The notes under the pieces are model-generated. The model worked only from the letters and a program-made list of their open reading frames with translations, was not told where the DNA came from and ran no database searches. Below, one piece after another: positions 31,809 to 39,684 of a stretch of 64,000 nt of DNA; the stretch's first letter is position 1; each line of letters opens with the position of its first letter. The DNA is from an uncultured Planctomycetia bacterium (GTDB taxonomy: Bacteria > Omnitrophota > Gorgyraeia > B26-G9): the NCBI GenBank assembly GCA_964437495.1, contig CAYTGV010000006.1:18529-82528 (forward strand), in the 5' to 3' direction. The position numbers and the translations under genes are program-made.

Positions 31809-31854
31809 GTGTCAAGACAGCGGATGGAATTTTTTATGAATTGATTTAAGCCTA
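31809..31854. repeat. Direct repeat DR-L: degenerate duplicate of the xerD 3' end (last 13 codons + stop)
   Basis: GTGTCAAGACAGCGGATGGAATTTTTTATGAATTGATTTAAGCCT matches 32355-32400 in 42 of 46 positions. Its reverse complement still reads ...RLKSIHKKFHPLS*, against xerD's ...RLKSIHKKFHPLP*. Confidence 0.6.
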
Positions 31855-31973
31855 AAAAAATCTCCTCGAACGTTTTACCTTCAAGAAGATTATATCAACT
31901 ATACATTTTTACTGTCAATTAATTAGAACCGCCCCCTTTTTCCCCTAATTATTATATCTTTTTTCTAAGTTAT

Positions 31974-32292
31974 CCCCTTTTGAAATATACGTTAAATTTT
32001 CTTTGGTTTATGAACGAAGATGAAGACAGGATGTCGAAACGCCGTAAAGCAGGACTGCTTTTTCGGCGGCGAAGTCACAGTGATTAAATCATTAGAAAAT
32101 TGCGGAGATTTCTCTGGGGCGGGTTTTAAAATAAGACCGTAATCTACAGATTTTTTTTGAGGTAAGTTACATGGTCGAATTTATCCCGCATGCTTTTAGT
32201 CAGGGCCTTTGCTTCGTTTCCTTTTGACAACAAAAGGAAACGAAGGCTGGGTGACACAACATCTGGGGCAGGCATCGCCCCTTATTCAATCA
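31974..32292. repeat. Structured non-coding element, copy A (candidate ncRNA / non-autonomous element)
   Basis: Conserved blocks shared with 56562-56932 (for example GACCGTAA...GGTAAGTTACATGRTCGAATTTATCCCGCATGCTTTTAGTC), separated by stems whose sequence differs but whose pairing is kept. Begins CCCCTTTTGAAAT and ends at the GGGGC-N7-GCCCCTTATTCAAT hairpin (CCCCTT at both ends). Confidence 0.6.
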
Positions 32293-32354
32293 GCTTCTAA
32301 TTTCGAAGTTTAAATCCTTATCCACTTGAACCGTAACATTATTCTGAAGCAAAA

Positions 32355-32400
32355 AGTATCAAGGCAAGGGATGGAATTTTTTATGAATTGATTTAAGCCT
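32355..32400. repeat. Direct repeat DR-R (overlaps the authentic 3' end of xerD)
   Basis: Partner of DR-L; together the two repeats bound the ~500 bp at 31855-32354. Confidence 0.6.
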
Positions 32401-33252
32401 ATCTTTATTCATATGGGTATATATCTGAGTTGTGGCAATATTGCTATGGCCAAGCAGCTCCTGAACAATACGCAGATCCGCCCCTTTTTCCAGCAAATGA
32501 GTAGCAAATGAATGACGCAAAGTATGCGGAGAAATTCGTTTGGAAATATTAGCTAAAATCGCATACTGCTTAATAAGCTTCCATATCCTTCTGCGGTTAA
32601 GTTTCATCCCGAACTTAGAAACAAAAAGATGGTTAGATACCTTATTCTTAAGCAGCTTTCCCCTGGCTTTTTCTAAATATTCCACAATAGCTGACTGTGC
32701 ATACCCGCCCATTGGGATAATTCTTTCTTTCTCGCCTTTACCAAAACAACGAATAACTCCCAGTTTTAGATCTATATCTTTAAGATTCAGATCAACCAGC
32801 TCAGAAACACGCATACCTGTAGCATAGAGCAATTCAAATATTGCCAGATCACGCAAATCTTTTTTTTCTGGCCCTCTGATTACAGCCAAAAGGCTTTCCA
32901 CTTCCCCAATAGAAAGAACATCCGGCAGATAGCGCCACAGGCGCGGGGATTCTAAAAGCTCAGCCGGGTCTTTTTTTACATATTTCTGGCTCACAAGATA
33001 TCTGTAGAAAACCTTCAGGACCACTATATTTCGCGATATCGAACTTGATTTTAATTTTTTTTCTTTAAGATCGCATATAAAATCAACAAAATTAACCCGG
33101 GTGGGATTCAATAAGTCTGTGATCTGATTATCTTCGCTATATTGCGAAAACTTGTTCAGATCTCGCCGATAGGAAGATATTGTATTGACAGAAAGGCCGC
33201 GTTCTAATGACAAATAATCAATAAATTCATCAATATAGCGTTCAAGTTTCAT
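32359..33252 (-). CDS. xerD: Tyrosine recombinase XerD-like
   Basis: 297-aa ORF with ERGLSVNTISSYRRDL, ELLYATGMRVSEL and the R..HxxR..Y catalytic tetrad region (HTLRHSFATHLLEKGADLRIVQELLGHSNIATTQIYTH). Confidence 0.78.
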   Translation of the reverse strand: MKLERYIDEFIDYLSLERGLSVNTISSYRRDLNKFSQYSEDNQITDLLNPTRVNFVDFICDLKEKKLKSSSISRNIVVLKVFYRYLVSQKYVKKDPAELLESPRLWRYLPDVLSIGEVESLLAVIRGPEKKDLRDLAIFELLYATGMRVSELVDLNLKDIDLKLGVIRCFGKGEKERIIPMGGYAQSAIVEYLEKARGKLLKNKVSNHLFVSKFGMKLNRRRIWKLIKQYAILANISKRISPHTLRHSFATHLLEKGADLRIVQELLGHSNIATTQIYTHMNKDRLKSIHKKFHPLP

Positions 33253-33940
33253 TTTTAATTAGATATTTCATGATTTTTTTCATATCATCCCAAACAAGCT
33301 TTTTATCATGGGGACTTCTTAAAAGATATGCCGGGTGAAAAGTAGGCATAAGTTTAATTCCATTAAAATCATAGAAATTCCCTCTAAGCCTTGAAATCGG
33401 ATTTGTAACATTCAGCATGGTATGCGCGGCAAATTTACCAAGGGTACAAATTACTTTGGGCTTTATTATCTCAACCAGCTGCATTAAATAAGGCTTACAG
33501 GATACTACCTCTTCTGGTGATGGATTGCGGTTTCCCGGAGGATGGCAACGCAATACATTAGTAATAAATACATCTTTGCGCTCTAATTTCATTGCCGCTA
33601 TGATCTTACTTAACAGCTGACCGGCCGCACCGATGAAAGGAATTCCGGCTAAATCCTCATCCCTTCCTGGAGCTTCACCCACAAACATAATCTCTGCACT
33701 TAGGCTTCCATCGCCAAAAACAAGCTTATTCCTAGTCTTATATAACGCGCACCGCTGGCATTTTTCTGCTTTGGCCAGAAGCATGTCAAATGCCTCTTGT
33801 TTAGATACCACCGCAGCAACCGATTCAGTACTGGAAAAAGGAATGCCTTCCGGAGAAAAATATTCCTCAAACTCAAGACGAAGTCTGAGACACTCAAGAT
33901 TGTGTTTTAGCTCTTGGGCGATAAGTTTTCCTTGACCCAT
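33242..33940 (-). CDS. Uracil-DNA glycosylase, family 4 (Fe-S type)
   Basis: GEAPGRDEDLAGIPFIGAAGQLL motif and CxxC cysteines. Confidence 0.8.
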   Translation of the reverse strand: MGQGKLIAQELKHNLECLRLRLEFEEYFSPEGIPFSSTESVAAVVSKQEAFDMLLAKAEKCQRCALYKTRNKLVFGDGSLSAEIMFVGEAPGRDEDLAGIPFIGAAGQLLSKIIAAMKLERKDVFITNVLRCHPPGNRNPSPEEVVSCKPYLMQLVEIIKPKVICTLGKFAAHTMLNVTNPISRLRGNFYDFNGIKLMPTFHPAYLLRSPHDKKLVWDDMKKIMKYLIKNET

Positions 33941-35064
33941 TGATATATCCCCTCTGCTGCTTTTGGTTTTGCTAGTTTTAAAGCATTATCCCTCATTTGC
34001 TTTAAAACCCGGCCATCACCTTCAAGCATTTTTTCTACCTCTTGAGTTACCTGGCTGACATCAGAGAGCCTTATTCCTATATTAGCGTCCTCAATAATCT
34101 CTGCGTTCCTCATTTCCTGTCCGGGAATAGAACGAATAATAATCATCGGCAGGCCCTTTACCAGAGACTCAGACACCGTCAGGCCTCCGGATTTTGAAAT
34201 TATAATATCAGAGGCCTCCATACATTCCTCCATATTATTCACGTACCCGAAAACCTTGATCTTCTTTTTAAAAGCAGCTTCTTTGAAATAATTAAGCATC
34301 TGGGCATTCTTGCCGCAAATCACAAGCATTTGCATTTCAGATGGGCTATCATCTAAAAACTGGGCTATTTTTTTAATCGGCCCTACGCCAAATCCTCCAC
34401 TGGTAATTAAAACCGTGAATTTATCTGCGTCCAGCCCTAATTTTTCACGCATCTCTTTTCGAGATATCTGCTTAGAAAATTTTTCTTCCACAGGTATGCC
34501 GATAACTATAATTTTCTCCTGCGCCACTCCTTTTGAAATAAGTTCAGTTTTAGTCATCTCACTTGCGACAAAATAGAAATCCGTGCCATCATTTATCCAA
34601 AATTGATGTACCCCAAAATCAGTTACTCCGCACAGGACAAGGCCTTTAAATCTACCACTGCACTTTAAATGCGACATTAACTCCGCAGAGAGAAAATGCT
34701 CGCATATCACTGCATCCGGCGCTTCCTCTAATACATACTTGATCAGCGGTTTACTTTGCAAGGCATTAAAAAAATGACGCATTGAATTAATGAATGGTTT
34801 TAGCGGGCCATAGTTGAGCAGATGAAATATCCATCCCCAAAGAAAGGGGGTATATCTTACCAAAAATATATATACAGCCGGATAGGCCTTTTTAAAAAAA
34901 CCATTTGTATAATCCAGTACATCTATCTTTTTTATCTGATCGCTATCATTGCCATGGACCAGAAATGCTTGATGCAGAGCCTGAGCAGCTTTAAGATGAC
35001 CGGCACCGGCAGTTGCGTGGATAATCAAAATCTTCAAAATATCACCCCTTTTTTTTACAATCAA
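33907..35064 (-). CDS. Diacylglycerol glycosyltransferase (MGDG synthase / UgtP family, GT28)
   Basis: N-terminal ILIIHATAGAGHLKAAQAL and the GT-B fold with a C-terminal sugar-nucleotide binding domain. Confidence 0.75.
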   Translation of the reverse strand: MIVKKRGDILKILIIHATAGAGHLKAAQALHQAFLVHGNDSDQIKKIDVLDYTNGFFKKAYPAVYIFLVRYTPFLWGWIFHLLNYGPLKPFINSMRHFFNALQSKPLIKYVLEEAPDAVICEHFLSAELMSHLKCSGRFKGLVLCGVTDFGVHQFWINDGTDFYFVASEMTKTELISKGVAQEKIIVIGIPVEEKFSKQISRKEMREKLGLDADKFTVLITSGGFGVGPIKKIAQFLDDSPSEMQMLVICGKNAQMLNYFKEAAFKKKIKVFGYVNNMEECMEASDIIISKSGGLTVSESLVKGLPMIIIRSIPGQEMRNAEIIEDANIGIRLSDVSQVTQEVEKMLEGDGRVLKQMRDNALKLAKPKAAEGIYQWVKENLSPKS

Positions 35065-35094
35065 GCTTAGCTTTATATATTTTTCAAATTAGAT

Positions 35095-35736
35095 TTAACT
35101 GTTTTTCTTTAGATCAAGTTTGGGGGCAAGAAGTTCTTTAGGCATAAGAACTCCGCCAGAAATGATTATCTTAAAGGCGTCCTCAATGCTTATATCAAGT
35201 ACCGTAACGTCCCTTTTGGGCAAAATAACAAAAAACCCGGTTATGGGATTCGGCGCAGAAGAGATATAAACACAAACAGTCTCCATATCCGTTCCGGCAA
35301 TGCTTTCTGATTTGAATTCATTTGTAATAAAGCCTAAAGTAAAAACATCTTTTCGGGGATACTCAAACAAAACAACCTTTTTAAAATTAACCTTTTCTTC
35401 AGAAAACAGAAATTTAACAAGCTGCTTTATCGAAGGATAGATTTGATAAACAAAGGGAATACGCAAAAAAACACGCTCAAAAAATGGCATTATTTTTTTT
35501 ACAAAAACATTAGTTGCCAGAATACCTGTAAAGAAAATTATAATTATTATAGCGACAAGCCCCAACCCAAAAAAGGACATTCCGTATGTAGTTTCAATAT
35601 ACGGCCTGATAAAACGCCCCAGCAAGTTATCAAGAAATCTTACAGTAATAGAAAGGATGTTAATAGTGAGGAATAAAGGCAAAAGAACAACAATACCAGC
35701 TATCAAGTATCTGCGAATTTTGGTTTTTATAGTCAT
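35095..35736 (-). CDS. DUF502 family membrane protein
   Basis: Two N-terminal TM helices and a C-terminal ...SSAPNPITGFFVILPKRDV...SIEDAFKIIISGG signature. Confidence 0.6.
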   Translation of the reverse strand: MTIKTKIRRYLIAGIVVLLPLFLTINILSITVRFLDNLLGRFIRPYIETTYGMSFFGLGLVAIIIIIFFTGILATNVFVKKIMPFFERVFLRIPFVYQIYPSIKQLVKFLFSEEKVNFKKVVLFEYPRKDVFTLGFITNEFKSESIAGTDMETVCVYISSAPNPITGFFVILPKRDVTVLDISIEDAFKIIISGGVLMPKELLAPKLDLKKNS

Positions 35737-35740
35737 GTGA

Positions 35741-36334
35741 TCATCCTATTGTTAATCCGCTGAAGCCCAAAAAGGCCAGGGACATCAAGCCTGCGATAAT
35801 AAAAGCAATAGGCGCTCCCTTAAAAGGTGCCGGTATTTTTGCCATTTCTAACTTCACTCTAATACTGGTCATCAATATAAGCGCCAGGGCAAAACCAAGG
35901 CCAGCGCTGAATCCCTGGATTACGCTTTCAATAAAATTCAACTTTCCCTGCACATTCAAAAGTGTAACAAAAAGAACTACACAGTTGCAGGTAATCAGAG
36001 GCAGATATATGCCCAATGCTTTGTACAATATCGGATTGAACTTACGAACAAAAATTTCAACAAGCTGAACAAAACAAGCAATAATTAAAATAAATGATAT
36101 TATATTCAGGTATTCCAGGCCAAAAGGCACTAAAACAAAATTATAAATAGGCCAGGTTATTATTGATGACATGGTCACCACAAAAGTCATGGAAATCCCC
36201 ATACCTACAGCTATATCAAGTTTTTTAGATATCCCGACAAACGGACATAATCCTAAAAAACGAGACAGAACGAAATTATTAACAAAAATAGCTGATACAA
36301 TAATACCAAATATTTTTATAAAATTTATTTCCAC
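35741..36334 (-). CDS. rnfA: Rnf/Nqr complex subunit A (RnfA/NqrE family)
   Basis: 197-aa six-TM protein with GLCPFVG and a second half-repeat (YLPLITCNCVV). Confidence 0.8.
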   Translation of the reverse strand: MEINFIKIFGIIVSAIFVNNFVLSRFLGLCPFVGISKKLDIAVGMGISMTFVVTMSSIITWPIYNFVLVPFGLEYLNIISFILIIACFVQLVEIFVRKFNPILYKALGIYLPLITCNCVVLFVTLLNVQGKLNFIESVIQGFSAGLGFALALILMTSIRVKLEMAKIPAPFKGAPIAFIIAGLMSLAFLGFSGLTIG

Positions 36335-36348
36335 GCATTTCCCTCTTA

Positions 36349-37020
36349 TTATTTTTTCTCAACTGCAATATTAGCGATATTTTTTGTTTTATCTGCATTA
36401 ATAAAATTCAAGGCAGCCATAATTACACCAATTGTTAAAAAGGCTCCCGGCGGCAGAATCATTACCAGCATCGGATTAAATGAAGCACCAAACAAAGGAA
36501 ATCCTAACAATGTTCCCCCTCCTAATATCTCGCGTATAGCCCCGATACCGCCAGCCGCCAAGGTGAATCCAATACCCATACCCAGGGCATCGGCGATAGA
36601 CATGCTCACAGTATTTTTGCTGGCAAAGGCCTCTGCCCTGCCCAGGATAATACAGTTTACAACCATAATATCCACAAAAAGCCCGAGTTCCGCGTATAGC
36701 AAAGGCACATAGGCCTGTAAAAGCAATTTAACAATTGTCACAAAAGTCGCGATTACCAGAATATAACAGGGGATGCGTACCTCTGTCGGTACAAAATCCT
36801 TAATAAGCGAGACAATCGTATTTGATCCAAGCAGAACAAAGGTTGCGGCAAGACCAATGGCAATTCCATTTTTAGCAGTCACCGTAACCGCAAGAGTAGG
36901 ACATAATCCAAGCATTAATCTAAAAACCGGATTCTCAAAACAAACCCCGCTCATTATACAATCTTTAAGACAGGCCAGCTTTTTATTCATAATAATCCTT
37001 TTATTTTTTCTCCCAGGCAT
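36349..37020 (-). CDS. rnfE: Rnf/Nqr complex subunit E (RnfE/NqrD family)
   Basis: LGLCPTLAVT and VVNCIILGRAEAFA motifs; its start overlaps the secDF 3' end by 20 nt. Confidence 0.8.
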   Translation of the reverse strand: MPGRKNKRIIMNKKLACLKDCIMSGVCFENPVFRLMLGLCPTLAVTVTAKNGIAIGLAATFVLLGSNTIVSLIKDFVPTEVRIPCYILVIATFVTIVKLLLQAYVPLLYAELGLFVDIMVVNCIILGRAEAFASKNTVSMSIADALGMGIGFTLAAGGIGAIREILGGGTLLGFPLFGASFNPMLVMILPPGAFLTIGVIMAALNFINADKTKNIANIAVEKK

Positions 37021-39175
37021 ACATCAGCGGACTGGCAATAAAAACCGTTGAATAAACACCGCTAAACATGCCGATTATCAATACAAAAGCAAAATTATGC
37101 AAAACCCTTCCGCCAAATAGATAAATAGCAAAAGCGATACACAAAGTTGTAACCGATGTCCAGACAGTACGGGCAAGGGTCTGGTTTATACTGATATTTA
37201 TTACATCCTTAAACGTAGTTTTGCGCATTAAGCGCAAATTTTCCCTGATCCGGTCATAAGTAACAATAGTATCGTTTATAGAATAACCTGCGACTGTCAT
37301 AAACGCGGTGACTATCAACAAGTCTATCGGTCTATTTGTCAAAGCGCAAAAAGCTATAGCCACAAGAACATCATGGAATACAGATACAACCCCGGCGATG
37401 CCATAGGCAAAATCTCTAAATCTTATCCATATATATATACATATACATAACAATGCCAGAGAAAAAGCCTTTAGCGCGTTCTTTTTAAGCAATTTTCCCA
37501 CAACAGGCCCAACGCTTTCCACGCTCAAGACTTCTGCCTTATTATCAGGGAACATCGTAGCAAATGTATCAATTATTTCATCAGCCTTATCTTCTACCGT
37601 CCTGATCAGTACAATTTCCGGCTTTTTTCTATCCTGTTGGATCAAAGCATCTGCCAGGCCAATATCTGCCATAGCCATGCGCAGTCTGTCTATTTCTACA
37701 GGACGTTCAAACTGGAATTCCTGCAGAGAACCGCCGGCAAAATCAATTCCGTAGTTATCTGCGCCTCTTTGTGAGAAGAAAAACAAGCCGGATACTATAA
37801 CCACAACTGACAGCGTATAACAAATCCTACGCACTTTTATGAAATCTATTTTAGTCTCAGGGATCAGCTGCATCATCTTAAGCGGCAGATCTTTCCATTT
37901 CAAAGTGATCAAGTCAATAAGCAGACGAGTAACTACTATCGCCGTGAACATACTTGCCAACAAACCAATTATCAATGTAAGCCCAAAACCTCTGATCGGG
38001 CCTGAGCCCAGCCAGACCAGTAAAATAGCGGCAATGATTGTTGTAATATTGGAATCCAAAATCGCCGGAAAAGCACGTCCATACCCATTATTAATCGCTG
38101 TTCGCGTTGATTTTCCCAATCTTAATTCTTCTCTAATCCGCTCGTTGATCAAAACATTCGCATCAACCGCCATACCTATAGTCAGTCCAATACCAGCAAT
38201 CCCAGGCAAAGTCAAAGGCCGTTTCATTATTACAACTACAGCAAGCACCAGCAGAACATTGAAAAGCAAGGCAACATTTGCAAGAACTCCTCCCACAAAA
38301 TAATAAACCGCCATAAATATTATGACCGCAAGGCCTCCAAAAAGTGTGGCCTTAACTCCGCTGTTTATAGAGTCCTGTCCAAGCAAAGGGCCCACCGTAC
38401 GCTCTTCACCGAAAGTTATCGGTGCCGGCAAGGCACCTGTACGCAATACAGTAGAAAGATCCTTTGCTTCATCTGAGCTGAAGCTTCCGGTAATTTCCGC
38501 ATTACCGCCAGAAATTCGCTCTCTAATCATCGGCGCCGAATACACCTCATTATCAAGAACAATCGCAAGTCTTCTGTTTACATTTGCTCCGGTTATATTA
38601 GAAAATTTTGTTGCCCCTTTGCCTGTAAATTCTAGTTTTACGCTTGGGCGTCCGTATTGGTCCCGGCCCACCATAGCATTTGCCAGGCTGTCTCCGGTCA
38701 TTACCGAAGTTGCCTCAAGCAGCAGGTCTTTATCATCTTCATCCTTTGATAAAACATAACCAGCTGGAACATCACCATCCAAGGCAGCTCTAAGCATATC
38801 CGCTTCGTCATTAACTATCCTGAACTCAAGCTGAGCGGTTTTCCCAATAAGCGCACGCGCTCTTTTTCTGTCCGTAACTCCCGGCAGCTGCACAATTATA
38901 CTATTGGCTCCCTGACGGGTTATTGAAGGTTCTTTGACCCCGAACTGATCTACTCTTTTACGAATGATTTCAATAGTTCTATCTACAATATCTGAACGAA
39001 CATCATCTTTAATATTTTCAGGCAACTTACTCATATCCACATGCAAGGTCAAAAATACTCCGCCCTGCAAATCAAGTCCGAGCTTAATCTTATCCTGAAT
39101 CGGATAAATAACCCAAACGCAAAAAACAACCAATGCGCTTATTAACAAAAATTTCATCTTCAAATTCTTCGGCAT
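37001..39175 (-). CDS. secDF: Protein translocase subunit SecDF (fused)
   Basis: 724-aa ORF with a SecD periplasmic domain and 6 TM helices followed by a SecF module with 6 TM helices. Confidence 0.9.
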   Translation of the reverse strand: MPKNLKMKFLLISALVVFCVWVIYPIQDKIKLGLDLQGGVFLTLHVDMSKLPENIKDDVRSDIVDRTIEIIRKRVDQFGVKEPSITRQGANSIIVQLPGVTDRKRARALIGKTAQLEFRIVNDEADMLRAALDGDVPAGYVLSKDEDDKDLLLEATSVMTGDSLANAMVGRDQYGRPSVKLEFTGKGATKFSNITGANVNRRLAIVLDNEVYSAPMIRERISGGNAEITGSFSSDEAKDLSTVLRTGALPAPITFGEERTVGPLLGQDSINSGVKATLFGGLAVIIFMAVYYFVGGVLANVALLFNVLLVLAVVVIMKRPLTLPGIAGIGLTIGMAVDANVLINERIREELRLGKSTRTAINNGYGRAFPAILDSNITTIIAAILLVWLGSGPIRGFGLTLIIGLLASMFTAIVVTRLLIDLITLKWKDLPLKMMQLIPETKIDFIKVRRICYTLSVVVIVSGLFFFSQRGADNYGIDFAGGSLQEFQFERPVEIDRLRMAMADIGLADALIQQDRKKPEIVLIRTVEDKADEIIDTFATMFPDNKAEVLSVESVGPVVGKLLKKNALKAFSLALLCICIYIWIRFRDFAYGIAGVVSVFHDVLVAIAFCALTNRPIDLLIVTAFMTVAGYSINDTIVTYDRIRENLRLMRKTTFKDVINISINQTLARTVWTSVTTLCIAFAIYLFGGRVLHNFAFVLIIGMFSGVYSTVFIASPLMYAWEKK

Positions 39176-39214
39176 GCTTTTCCTCCTACAATCTTTTCCC
39201 TTTACAATAATCCT

Positions 39215-39547
39215 TTATGATTGTCTAGATTTTCTAATTAAAGTTATCGAACTTTTATCAAACTCAATTTTTACATTATCATCAACCTTTAAAACCACAC
39301 TTGTATCCTTAACATTAACAACAGTAGCATAAATTCCCCCAACCGTAACGACCTCATCATTTTTCTTGATCGAGCCGATCATCGCCTGTTTTTCCTTTTG
39401 CTGTTTCTGCTGCGGCTTTATAAGAAAAAAATAAAATACCAAAAAGATTATTAAATACATAGGCAGTAAGATCATAAAACTACCCTGACTCTGAGGCGTT
39501 GTACTGCTGGCAGCCCCCTGTGCGTACGCTAAAGTTTCAAAATTCAT
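39215..39547 (-). CDS. yajC: Preprotein translocase subunit YajC
   Basis: 110-aa ORF with a single TM helix and a conserved C-terminal VVTVGGIYATVVNVKD... region. Confidence 0.8.
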   Translation of the reverse strand: MNFETLAYAQGAASSTTPQSQGSFMILLPMYLIIFLVFYFFLIKPQQKQQKEKQAMIGSIKKNDEVVTVGGIYATVVNVKDTSVVLKVDDNVKIEFDKSSITLIRKSRQS

Positions 39548-39684
39548 TTTTCCTCCTCTTATTAAAGTAAAAAGTTATTTTTTTATATTTAAACGTCATT
39601 AGTATATAATATTTTAGGAAAATATTCCACCCTTTTGTTATAATTGGACTTTTTTTATAGAGATATTCCCCTTGGGTTAGCTTA

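Noticed and set aside
31809-31854. The 46-bp direct repeat as a dif site
   Set aside because: It lacks the imperfect palindromic 11-6-11 architecture of dif/XerCD sites, and it is the coding 3' end of xerD itself. The Xer-dependent idea is kept only as a speculative mechanism.
32221-32245. Shared 12-mer TTGACAACAAAA between the element A hairpin loop and the tyrS promoter -35 region
   Set aside because: It is a single short AT-rich match that can easily arise by chance at this base composition, so no functional link can be supported.
31974-32292. Identity of the element with tmRNA, RNase P RNA, SRP RNA, 6S RNA or a cobalamin riboswitch (AGTCAGG B12-box-like heptamer)
   Set aside because: None of the universally conserved motifs of these families is present (no GGAAAGUCC or ACAGAA...GGCUUA for RNase P, no tRNA-like 3' CCA domain for tmRNA, no GGAAGCAGCCA for SRP). 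The element is present in two copies, and the heptamer match is too short and is not conserved in copy B.
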